Shown piece by piece: positions 23,541 to 34,681 of a stretch of DNA of 64,000 bases. Location of the stretch: assembly GCA_051313645.2 (NCBI GenBank), contig JBNRSN020000148.1:558001-622000 (forward strand), written 5' to 3'. The stretch comes from Centroscyllium fabricii. Its lineage: Eukaryota. The notes beneath the pieces are model-generated. The model made no database searches. It saw only the letters and a program-made list of their open reading frames with translations, and had not been told where the DNA came from. How positions within the stretch are numbered: position 1 is the stretch's first letter; each line of letters opens with the position of its first letter. Position numbers and translations under genes: made by a program.

Positions 23541-26075
23541 AGGGAGACTATGAAGGTATGAGAACAGAATTGATTAAAGTAGATTGGGATAACGGACTAA
23601 AGAATAAGACGGTACATGAGCAGTGGTGTACTTTTAAGGAGTTAGTGTACAACCTTCAAGAAAAATACATTCCACTGAAGAAAAAAAGGGGTAAAGGAAA
23701 GGGCAGCCAACCATGGCTAAGTAAAGTAATAAAGGATAGTATTCGGCTAAAGGCGAGGGCATATAAGGCAGCCAGATACAGTGGGAAGGCAGAAGATTGG
23801 GAAGCATTTAAAAGTCAGCAAAAAATAACAAAGAGATTAATTAAGAAGGGGAAAATAGATTATGAAAGTAACTTAGCGAAAAACATAAAAACTAATAGCA
23901 AGAGTTTTTATAGTTATATAAAAAGAAAAAGGGTGGCTAAGGTGAATGTTGGTCCATTGGAGGGTGAGACTGGGAATTTGTTGGTGGGGAACATGGAGAT
24001 GGCAAAAGCATTAAACGAATATTTTGTATCAGTCTTTACCGTAGAAGACATTAAAAATATTCCAACTCTGGATAAACAGGGGGCTATAGGAATGGAGGAG
24101 CTAAACACTATTAAGATCACTAAGGAGATGGTATTAGGTAAATTAATGGGACTTAAGGCGGATAAATCCCCTGGGCCTGATGGATTACATCCTAGGGTCT
24201 TGAGAGAAATAGCGGTGGGGATTGTGGATGCATTGGTGATAATTTTCCAAAACTCCCTGGAGTCAGGAAGGGTCCCGGTGGATTGGAAAATGGCTAATGT
24301 AACACCTATATTTAAAAAGGGAAGTAGACAGAAGGCTGGTAACTATAGACCGGTTAGTCTAACATCTGTGGTGGGTAAAATGTTAGAGACCATTATTAAA
24401 GAAACACTGACGGGGCACTTGGATAAACATAACTTAATCGGACAGAGTCAGCATGGTTTTGCGAAGGGGAAGTCATGTTTAACTAATTTGCTCGAATTCT
24501 TTGAGGAAGTAACATCTCGGGTGGATAAAGGGGAACCGGTGGATGTGGTATACTTGGACTTCCAAAAGGCTTTTGACAAGGTGCCACATAAGAGACTATT
24601 GCTTAAAATAAAAAATTATGGGATTGGGGGAAATATATTAGCATGGGTAGAGGATTGGCTTTCAAACAGGAAGCAGAGAGTTGGGATAAATGGTTCATAC
24701 TCGGGATGGCAATCGGTGACTAGCGGTGTTCCGCAGGGGTCGGTGCTGGGACCCCAGCTGTTTACAATCTATATAAATGATTTGGAGGAGGGGACCAAGT
24801 GTAATATATCAAAGTTTGCAGATGACACAAAAATGGGAGGAAAAGCAGGGAGTGAGGAGGACAGAAAAAGCCTGCAAAAGGATATAGATAAGCTAGGTGA
24901 TTGGGCAGCAATTTGGCAGATGAAATTTAATACTGATAAATGTGAAGTTATACACTTTGGAAAAAAAAATCATAGGGCAAGTTATTTTCTAAATGGGGAG
25001 GAGCTGCATTGTAATACAACGCAAAGGGACCTGGGGGTATTAGTGCATGAATCGCAAAAAGTTAGTATGCAGGTGCAGCAAGTGATTAGGAAGGCCAATG
25101 GAGTCTTAGCCTTTATTGCTAGGGGGATAGAGTATAAAAGCAGGGAGGTCTTGCTGCAGCTGTACACAGTATTGGTGAGACCGCATTTGGAATATTGTGT
25201 GCAGTTTTGGTGTTCATACTTAAGAAAGGATGTACTTGCCCTGGAGGCAGTGCAGAGAAGGTTTACACGGTTAATTCCAGTGATGAGGGGGTTGACATAT
25301 GAGGAAAGGTTAAGTAGGTTGGGACTCTACTCTTTAGAGTTCAGAAGAATGAGAGGCGATCTTATTGAAACGTATAAGATCGTGAGGGGCCTTGATCGGG
25401 TGGATGCGCCAAGGATGTTTCCAATGATCGGGGAGACTAGAACTAGGGGGCATAGTCTTAGAATAAGGGGGGGCTCTTTTAAAACTGAGATGAGGAGAAA
25501 CTTCTTCACCCAGAGGGTGGTTAATCTATGGAATTCACTGCCTCAGGGAGCTGTGGAAGCGGGAACATTAAATAAATTTAAAACCGAAATAGACTGTTTT
25601 TTAGCTGACAAGGGAATTAGGGGTTACGGGGAGCGGGCAGAGAAGTGGACCTGAGTTATGGTTAGTATAGTAAGACCTGAGTGATCTCCTGGACAAGTTT
25701 CGATCGCCTGGATTGGGGTCAGAGAGGAATTTCCCGGATTTATTTTCCCAAATTGGACCTGGGTTTTTATCCGGTTTTTCGCCTCTCCCAGGAGATCACA
25801 CGGTTCTTTGGGTGGGAGAAGGGTGATAGTGGTACGAAGGTTAGGGTAGGATCAGCAATGATCTTGATGGGTGAGGGGGCGGGCTCGGGGGGCCGATTGG
25901 CCTAGTCCTGCTCCTATTTATGGGGTTCATGTGTTCCTGTGTTCTTGTGTCTTCTGTTCTTGTGCTCTTGTGTTGTGTTCTTGTGTTCAGCCATGAACGT
26001 ATTGAATGGCGGTGCAGGCTCGACGGGCCGAATGGTCTACTCCTGCACCTATTTTCTATGTTTCTATGTTTCTAT
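23541..26075 (+). mobile_element. Young 5'-truncated CR1 LINE with an open RT reading frame
   Basis: ORF 23558-25654 uninterrupted; 3' UTR ends in (TTTCTATG)n. Confidence 0.95.
23558..25654 (+). CDS. CR1 ORF2 fragment, 698 aa, reverse transcriptase without endonuclease
   Basis: KSPGPDG, NYRPVSLTS, LDFQKAFDKV, GVPQGSVLGP, FADD, LVRPHLEYCVQFW; no stops or frameshifts. Confidence 0.85.
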   Translation: MRTELIKVDWDNGLKNKTVHEQWCTFKELVYNLQEKYIPLKKKRGKGKGSQPWLSKVIKDSIRLKARAYKAARYSGKAEDWEAFKSQQKITKRLIKKGKIDYESNLAKNIKTNSKSFYSYIKRKRVAKVNVGPLEGETGNLLVGNMEMAKALNEYFVSVFTVEDIKNIPTLDKQGAIGMEELNTIKITKEMVLGKLMGLKADKSPGPDGLHPRVLREIAVGIVDALVIIFQNSLESGRVPVDWKMANVTPIFKKGSRQKAGNYRPVSLTSVVGKMLETIIKETLTGHLDKHNLIGQSQHGFAKGKSCLTNLLEFFEEVTSRVDKGEPVDVVYLDFQKAFDKVPHKRLLLKIKNYGIGGNILAWVEDWLSNRKQRVGINGSYSGWQSVTSGVPQGSVLGPQLFTIYINDLEEGTKCNISKFADDTKMGGKAGSEEDRKSLQKDIDKLGDWAAIWQMKFNTDKCEVIHFGKKNHRASYFLNGEELHCNTTQRDLGVLVHESQKVSMQVQQVIRKANGVLAFIARGIEYKSREVLLQLYTVLVRPHLEYCVQFWCSYLRKDVLALEAVQRRFTRLIPVMRGLTYEERLSRLGLYSLEFRRMRGDLIETYKIVRGLDRVDAPRMFPMIGETRTRGHSLRIRGGSFKTEMRRNFFTQRVVNLWNSLPQGAVEAGTLNKFKTEIDCFLADKGIRGYGERAEKWT

Positions 26076-26825
26076 GAATTTACGTTGTGTTCAGTTGAGT
26101 TGTGTTCTGTTGTGTTGAGTGGTGTTGTGTTGGCTTGAGATCTGTTGAATTGAGTTGAGTTGTGTTGTGTATAGGTGGATTATGTTGTATGGAGTTGAGG
26201 TGTGTTGTGTTGAGTTCAGTTTTGTTGATTTGAGTTTTGTTAAGTTGTGTTGAGTTCTGTTGTGTTGAATTATGTTCTGTTGTGTTCTGTTGAGTTGAGA
26301 TGTGTTGTGTTGAGTTGAGATGTGTCCTGTTGAGGTGTATCTGTTGACTTCAGTTGTTTAGTTAAGTTCCGATGTGTTGTGTTGAGTTGAGTTGTGTTTA
26401 GTTGAGATGTGTTTTGTTTAGTTGTGTTGTGTTGAGTTGAGTTCAGTTGTGTTTAGTTGAGTTGAGATGAGTTCTGTTGTATTGAGTTGTATTGATTTGT
26501 GTTGAGTTGTATTGTATTGATTTGAGTTGTGTTGCATTGTGTTGTGTTCTGCTGTGTGTTCTGTTGTGTGCTCTGTTGTGTGCTCTGTTGTGTGCTCTGT
26601 TGAGTGTTCTGTTGAGTGCTCTGTTGTGTGCTCTGTTGAGTGCTCTGTTGTGTTGAGTGGTGTTGAGTTGTTTTGAGTTTGGTTGTTTTGAGTTCAGTTG
26701 TGTTGAAATGCATTGAGTGGTGTTGTGTTGAGTTGTATTGTGTTTTTTATTGTGTTGATTTGAGTTGTGTTGTCTTGAGTTCAGTCAATTTAGTTGAGTT
26801 GTGTTGTGTTGAGTTGTGTTGTATT

Positions 26826-27061
26826 AGAAACATAGAAACTAGGAGCAGGAGTAGGCCATTCGGTCCTTCGAGCCTGCTCCGCCATTCAATGAGATCATGG
26901 CTGATCATTCAAACCCAATACCCCGCCCCTGCCCTTTCCCCATATCCCTATCGAGCCTCCATCAACACATATCCCACCCTATCCCCGTAACCCCACATAT
27001 TTAATCCCCTAACACAAGGGTCAATTTATCATGGCCAATCAACATAACCCGCACATCTTTG
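26826..27061 (-). mobile_element. 5'-truncated HE1-type SINE
   Basis: Reverse complement of about 21545-21795. Confidence 0.88.
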
Positions 27062-30000
27062 AGTTGTGTTGTATTGAGTTGTGTTGTATTGAGTTGTGTT
27101 GTATTGAGTGTTGTTGTATTGAGTTGTGTTGTATTGAGTTGTGTTGTATTGAGTTGTGCTATGTTGAGTTGTGCTGAGTTGAGATGTGTTGTGTTGAGAT
27201 CTATCTGCTGACTTCTATTGTGTTTAGTTAAGTTCTGGTGTGTTGAGTTCAGTTTAGTTGTGTTGAGTTGAGTTCAGTTGTGTTGAGTTTAATTGAGTTC
27301 AGTTGTGTTGAGTTGAGTTCAGTTGAGTTCAGTTGAGTTGAGCTCTGTTGAGTTGAGCTCTGTTGAGTTGAGCTCTGTTGGGTTGAGCTCTGTTGAGTTG
27401 AGCTCTGTTGAGTTGAGTTGAGTTGTGTTGTGTTGCAGTATGTGAGTTGCATTCTGTTGTGTTGAGTTGAGATGAGTTCTGTTGACTTGTCTTGAGCTGT
27501 GTTGTATTGAGTTGTATTGTGTTGATTTAAGATGTGTTGTGTTGAGTTGAGTAGTGTTGAGTTGTGTTCTGTGGTGTTGAGTTGTTTTGAGTTCAGTTGA
27601 GTTGAGTTGTTTTGAGTTCGGTTGTGTTGTAATGCATTGAGTGGTGTTGTGTTGAGTGGTGTTGTGTTGAGTTGTATTGTGTGTCGTATTGTGTTGATTT
27701 GAGTTGTGTTGAGTTCAGTCAGTTTAGTTGAGTTGAGTTGCATTGTGTTGAGCTGAGTTGCGTTGAGTTGAGTAGATTTGTGTTATGTTGAGTTGTGTTG
27801 AGTTGCTTTGAATTTAGTTGTGTTGAGCTTAGTTGCGTTGTGTTCAGTTGAGTTGAATTGTGTTGCGTTGTGCTGCGTTGAGTTTTGTTGAGATGTGTTG
27901 AGTTGTGTTTAGTTCAGTTGTGTTGTGTTGCATTGTGTTGAGTTCAGTTCAGTTGTGTTTAGTTGAGTTGAGATGAGTTCTGTTGTATTGAGTTGTATTG
28001 ATTTGTGTTGAGTTGTATTGTGTTGATTTAAGTTCTGTTGAGTTGTGTTGCATTGTGTTGAGTTGTGTTGCATTGTGTTGAGTTGTGTTCTGTGTTCTGC
28101 TGTGTGTTCTGCTGTGTGTTCTGCTGTGTGTTCTGTTGAGTGTTCTGATGAGTGTTCTGTTGTGTTGAGTGGTGTTGAGTTGTTTTGAGTTTGGTTGTTT
28201 TGAGTTCAGTTGTGTTGAAATGCGTTGAGTGGTGTTGTGTTGACTTGTATTGTGTTTTTATTGTGTTGATTTGAGTTGTGTTGTCTTGAGTTCAGTCAGT
28301 TTAGTTGAGTTGTGTTGAGTTGTGTTGAGTTGTGTTGAGTTGAGTTGTGTTGAGTTGTATTGTGTTGAGTTGAGTTGTGTTGTGTTGAGATGTGTTGAGA
28401 TGTATCTGCTGACTTCTGTTGTGTTTAGTTAAGTTCCGGAGTGTGTTGAGTTCAGTTGTGTTGAGTTGTGTTGCAGTGAGTGAGTTGTCTTCTGTTGTGT
28501 TGTCTTCTGTTGTGTTGAGTTGAGATGAGTTCTGTTGAGTTGTCTTGAGCTGTGTTGTATTGAGTTATATTGTGTTGAGTTGAGTTGTGTTCTGTTGTGT
28601 GCCCTGGTGTGTTTAGTGGTGTTGAGTTGTTTTAAGTTCAGTTGTGTTGAGTTGGTTTGAGTTTGGTTGTGTTGAAATGCATTGAGTGGTGTTGTGTTGA
28701 GTGGTGTTGTGTTGAGTTGTATTGTGTTTTGTATTGTGTTGATTTGAGTTGTGTTGTGTTGAGTTCAGTCAGTTTAGTTGAGTTGCGTTGTGTTGAGTTG
28801 AGTTGCGATGAGTTGCGTTGAGTTGTATTGATTTGAGTAGATTTGTGTTATGTTGAGTTGTGTTGAGTTGCTTTGAATTTAGTTGTGTTGAGCTTAGTTG
28901 CGTTGTGTTCAGTTGAGTTGAATTGTGTTGTGTTGAGTTTTGTTGTGCTGTGTTGAGTTGTGTTTAGTTGAGTTGTGTTGTGTTGCATTGTGTTGAGTTG
29001 AGTTCAGTTCAGTTGTGTTTAGTTGAGTTGAGATGAGTTCTGTTGTATTTAGTTGTATTGATTTGTGTTGAGTTGTGTTGAGTTGTATTGTGTTGATTTA
29101 AGTTCTGTTGAGTTGTGTTGCATTGTGTTCTGCTGTGTGTTCTTCTATCTGTTCTGTTGTGTGCTTTGTTGTGTGTTCTGTTGAGTGTTCTGTTGTTTTG
29201 AGTTTGGTTGTTTTGAGTTCAGTTGTGTTGAAATGCGTTGAGTTGTGTTGAGTTGTATTGTGTTTTTTATTGTGTTGACTTGAGTTGTGTTGTTTTGAGT
29301 TCAGTCAGTTTAGTTGAGTTGTGGTTTGTTGAGTTGTGTTGTATTGAGTTGTGTTGTGTTGAGTTGAGTTGTGTTGAGTTGTATTGTGTTGAGTTGAGAT
29401 GTGTTGTGTTGAGATCAATTGCTGACTTCTGTTGTGTTTAGATAAGTTCCGGTGTGTTGAGTTGAGTTCAGTTCAGTTGAGTTGTGTTGAGTTGAGTTGA
29501 GCTCTGTTGAGTTGAATTGTGTTGTGTTGCAGTGTGTGAGTTGTGTTCTGTTGTGTTGTCTTCTGTTGTGTTGAGTTGAGATGAGTTCTGTTGAGTTGTC
29601 TTGAGCTGTGTTGTATTATGTTGATTTAAGATGTGTTGTGTTGTGTTGACTTGAGTAGTGTTGAGTTGTATTCTGTTGTGTGTTCTGTTGTGTTTAGTGG
29701 TGTTGAGTTGTTTTGAATTCAGTTGTGTTGAAATGCATTGAGTTGTGTTGAGTGGTGTTGTGTTGAGTTGTATTGTGTTGTGTTGAGTTGTGCTGTGTTG
29801 AGTTCAGTCAGTTTAGTTGAGTTGAGATGCGTTGAGTTGTGTTGAGTTGAGTAGATTTGTGTAATGTTGAGTTGTGTTGAGTTGCTTTGAATTTAGTAGT
29901 GTTGAGCTTAGTTGCATTGTGTTCAGTTGAGTTGAATTGTGTTGAGTTTTGTTGAGATGTATTGTGCTGTGTTGACCTGAGTTGTGTTGTGCTGTGCTGT

Positions 30001-32443
30001 GTTGTGTTCAGTTGTGTTGTGTTCAGTTGTGTTGAGCTGAGTTGTGTTGTGTTGTGTTGAGTTGTGTTGAGTTGAGTGCATTGAGTTGAGTTGTGTTGTG
30101 TTGAGTTGAGTTCTGTTGAGTTGTGTTGCTTGAGTTGAGTTACGTTGAGTTAAGTTGAGTTGTGTTGAGTTGATTTGTGTTGTGTTGTGTTGTTTGCGTT
30201 GAGTTAAGTTCAGTTGAGTTCAGTTGTGTTGTTTTCAATTGAGTTGTGTTGAGTTGACTTGTGTTGTATTCGGTTGAGTTGTGTTGAGTTGACTTGACTT
30301 GACTTGTGTTGAGTTGTGTTGGTTGTGTTGTGTTAAGTTGTGTTGAGTTTCATTGTGTTGAGTTGTGATGAGTTTCGCTGATTTGTTTTGTGTTGTGTTG
30401 AGTAGATATGTGTTGTGTTGAGTTGAGTTAAGTTGTGTTGAGCTGCTGTGAGTTGTGGTGTTGTTTTAAGTTGTGCTGAGTTGAGTTGTGGTGCTGTTTT
30501 AAGTTGTGCTGAGTTGTGTTGAGCTGAGTTGTGGTGTGTTGTGCTGCGCTGTATTGTGTTCACTTGCGTTGAGTTGCATTGTGTTGAGTTGACTTGTTTT
30601 GGGTTGTGTTGCTTGAGTTGAGTTGAGATGCATTGAGTTGTGTTGAGTTGAGTTGTGTTGTATTGAGCTGAGTTGTGTTGAGTTGCATTGAGTTGAATTG
30701 CATTGTGTTCTGTTGAGTTATTTTTGGTTGCGTTGCTTGAGTTGACTTGTGTTGGTTGAGTTGAGTTCAGTTAAGTTGAGTTGTGTTGTGTTGTACTGGG
30801 TTGAGGTGAGTTGAGTTGTGTTGAGTTGCTTGAGCTGAGTTCAGTTGAGTTGAGTTGACATGTGTTGATTGTGTTATGTTGAGGAGTTCAGTTGTGTTGG
30901 TTGTGTTGACTTGTGTTGAGCTGTGTTGAGTTGACTTGTGTTGAGTTGTGTTGGGTTGCATTGAGTTGAGTGGGTTGACTTGTGTTGAGTTGTGTTGCCA
31001 TTGAGTTGAGTGGGTTGACTTGTGTTGAGTTGTGTTCTGGTTGATTTATGTTGGCTTGAGTTCACGTGTGTTCTGTTGAGTTGAGTTGTGTTGAGTTGCT
31101 TTGAGTTTAGTTGTGTTGGGTTTGGTTTCATTGTGTTGCATTGAATTGAGTTGAATTGTGTTGAGACGTGCTGTGCTGTGTTGACCTGAGTTGTGTTGAG
31201 GTGAGTTGTCTTGTGTTGAGTTCTGTTGAGTTGAGTTCAGTTGTGTTGAGTTGTGTTGTTTGCATTCAGTTAAGTTCAGTTGTGTTGTGTTGAGTTGCAT
31301 TGCATTGTGTTGAGTTGCGTTTTGTTGCTTGAATTGAGTTGAGTTCAGTTGTGTTGATTTCAGTTGAGTGTGTTGGGTTGAGTTGCATTGAGTTTAATTG
31401 TGTTGAGTTGACTTGACCTGTGTTGAGTTGTGTTATGTTGAGTTGACTTGTGTTGTCTTGAGTTGTGTTGGATTGGGTTGAGTTGTGTTTGGTTGTGTTG
31501 TGTTCAGTTGTGTTTATGTGTGTTGTGTTGAGTTATGTTGAGTTGACTTGTGTTGATTTCAGTTGTGTTGAGTTGTGTTGAGTTGACTTGTGTTGAGTTG
31601 CGTTGTGTTGAGTTGTGTTGTGTTGAGTTGTGTTGAGTTCAGTTGCATGGTGTTGAGTTGCATTGTGTTGAGTTGACTTGTGTTGAGTTGTGTTATGTTG
31701 AGTTCGGTTGTGTTATTTTGGGTTGTGTTGCTTGAGTTATGTTGTGTTGTGTTGTGTTGCTTGAGTTGAGTTCAGTTCAGTTGAGGTGAGTTGTGTTCAG
31801 TTGAGTTTACTTGTGTTGAGTTGTGTTATGTTGAAGACTTGAGTTGTGTTGGTTGTGTTGAGTTGAGTTGTGTTGAGTTGAATTGTGATGAGTTTTGCTG
31901 AGTTGTTTTGTGTTGTGTTGAGTAGATTTGTGTTGTGTCGAGTTGTGTGGAGTTGTTTTGAGTTGTGCTGAGTTGAGTTGTGTTGTGTTGACTTGCGTTG
32001 AGTAGCGTTGAGTTGTTTTGTTTTGTGTTGTGTTGAGTTGAGTTGTGCTGAGTTAAGCTGTGTTGTATTGAGCTGAGTTGTGTTGTGTTGTGTTGAATTG
32101 CGTTGAGTTGTGTTGAGTTGAGTTGTTTTTGGTTGTGTTGCTTGAGTTGAGTTGATTTGTGTTGATTGAGTTGAGTTCAGTTGTGTTGTGTTGTGTTGAG
32201 ATGAGTTGCGTTGAGTTATGTTGAGTTGCGTTCTGTTGCTTGAATTGAGTTGAGTTGAGTTGAGCTGACTTGTGTTGAGTTGTGTTATGTTGAGGAGTTC
32301 TGTTGTGTTGAGTTGAGTTGTGTTGACTTGTGTTGTGTTGAGTTGTGTTCGGTTGCATTGAGTTGAGTTGGGTTGACTTGTGTTGAGTTGTGTTGATTTA
32401 TGTTGTCTTGAGTTGACGTGTGTTGTGTTGTGTTGAGTTGAGC

Positions 32444-32913
32444 TGCACAATAGAAAGCATACTGACAAGCTGCATCACTGTCTGGTATGGTAATTGCACT
32501 ATCTCGGACCGGAAAACCCTGCAGCGGGTAGTCAAAACTGCCCAACGAGCTACCGTCAATGGAAAGCATCTACCTCAAACGCTGCTTACGGAGGTCTATG
32601 AACATTATTAAAGACCCCACACACCCCAGCCACAGTCTGTTCGCCCCCCTGCCCTCTGGGAGATGCTACAGAGCAATTTGCACCCGCACGACTAGATTTC
32701 AGAACAGCTTCTTCCCCAGGGCTGTCAGCCTCCTGAACTCTAAAAAGAAACTCCAGTACCTGCATGCCTGATAATGTACTCTACTGTATGCATTTTGCAT
32801 GTAATTTATTTATTTTATTTGCACTACTCTCGGGAGAGTCGAGTCTTCGTCTCGTTGTATTGTACTAGTACTCTGCAATGACAATAAATCTTGAATTGAA
32901 TTGAATTGAATTG
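32444..32913 (+). mobile_element. Rex1/Babar-type LINE 3' fragment
   Basis: CTIESILTSCITVWYGNC..LQRVVKTAQ; IIKDPTHPSHSLFAPLPSGR..RFQNSFFPRAVSLLN; AATAAA followed by a (TTGAA)n tail. Confidence 0.85.
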
Positions 32914-33017
32914 AGTTTAGTTGTGTTGGGTTTGGTTGCATTGAATTGAGTTGAATTGTGCTGTGCTGTGTTGAGTTGTATTGAGGCGAGTTGTCTTGTG
33001 TTGAGTTGAGTTCTGTT

Positions 33018-33272
33018 ACATAGAAACATAGAAACATAGAAGATAGGAGCAGGAGTAGGCCATTCGGCCCTTCGAGCCTGCTCCGCCATTCAATGAGATC
33101 ATGGCTGATCATCCAAACCCAGTACCCCGCCCCTGCCCTCCCCCATATCCCTATCGAGTCTGCACTGACACACATCCCACCCTATCCCTGTAACCCCACA
33201 TATTCAACCCCCCTAAAACTAAGGGTCAATTTATCCTGGCCAATCAGCCTAACCGCACATCTTTGGACTGTT
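33018..33272 (-). mobile_element. 5'-truncated HE1-type SINE
   Basis: Reverse complement of the 3' half of 21391-21800. Confidence 0.88.
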
Positions 33273-33657
33273 GCTTGACTTGAGTTCAGTTGAGTTGATT
33301 GAGTTGTGTTGTGCTGTTTGAGTTGAGTTCAGTTAAGTTCAGTTTAGTTGTGTTGTGTTTTGTTGCTTGAGTTCAGGTGAGCTGAGTTCAATTGTGTTGA
33401 TTTCAGTTGAGTTGTGATGGGTTGTGTTGAGTTGACTTGACTTGACTTGACTTGTGCTGAGTTGAGTTATGCTGAGTTGTTTTGTGTTGTGTTGACTTGA
33501 GTCGTGTCGAGTTGTTTTGAGTTGTGCTGAGTTGGGTTGCGTTGTGTTGAGTTGCTTGAGTTGAGCTGAGTCGTGCTGATTTGCATTGTGTTGCTTGAGT
33601 TGAATTGAGTTGACTTGTCTTGTGTTATGTTGAGGAGTTGAGTTGTGTTGGTTGTGT

Positions 33658-34132
33658 TTTTTTTAATTCATTGATGAGATGTGGGCGTCGCTGGCTGGCT
33701 AGGCCTGCATTTTTAGTGCCCATCCCTAATTGCCCTTGAGAAGATTGTGGTGAGCTGCCTTCTTGAACCGCTGAAGTCTTATTGTTTTTCGTAATGGTTG
33801 TTTACAACTGAGTGGCTTGCTGGGCCTTTTCAGAGGGCATTAAGAGTCAACCACATTGCTGTGGGCCTGGAGTCACATGTAGGCCAGACCAGGTAAGGAC
33901 GGCAGATTTCCTTCCCTAAAGGACATTAGTGAACCAGATGGGTTTTTGCAACAATCGACAATGGTATCATGGTTGCCATTATTAAGACTAACATTTAATT
34001 CCAGAATTAAATTGAATTGAAATTAAATTCCACCAGCTGCCGTGGTGGGATTTGAACCCATATCGTCAGAACATTTGACTCAGCCTCTGGCTTACTAGTC
34101 TAGTGACATAACCACTATGCCACCGCCTCCCC
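33658..34132 (-). mobile_element. Full-length tRNA-derived SINE with an RTE-X-like LINE tail
   Basis: Minus strand A box TGGCATAGTGG and B box GGTTCAAATCC; last about 115 bp nearly identical to the LINE 3' end at 34682-34797. Confidence 0.85.
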
Positions 34133-34681
34133 CTTGACTTGTGTTGTGTTGATTTATGTTGGCTTGAGTTGACATGTGTTGCATTGAGTTGTGTTGAGTT
34201 GAGTTGTGTTTAATTGCGTTGTGTTGAGTTCACTTGTGTTGTGTTGAACTGTGTTCTGTTGACTTCTGTTGAGTTTTGTTGAGTTGACTTGCATTGCGTT
34301 GAGTTGAGTTGCATTGTGTTGTGTTGAGTTGTGATGAGCTGCGTTGATTTGTGTTGAGGTGAGCAGAGTTGTGTTGAGTTGCGTTGAATTTAGTTGTGTT
34401 GTGTTGAGTTGACTTGAGTTGTGTTGTGCTGTGCTGAGCTGAGTTGTCTTGTATTGCGTTGTGTTGAGTTGTGTTTAGCTGAGTGCATTGAGTTGTGTTG
34501 AGTTGCGTTTTGTTGCTTGTGTTGAGTTCAATTGTGTTGATTTCAGTTGAGTTGTGTTGAGTTGACTTGACTTGTGTTGAGTTTTGTTGTGTTGAGTTAT
34601 GATGAGTTGAGTTGATTTGTGTTGTGCTGAGTTGCATTGCGTTGAGTTGCATTGTGTTGAGTTGCGTTGAGTTGAGTTGAC

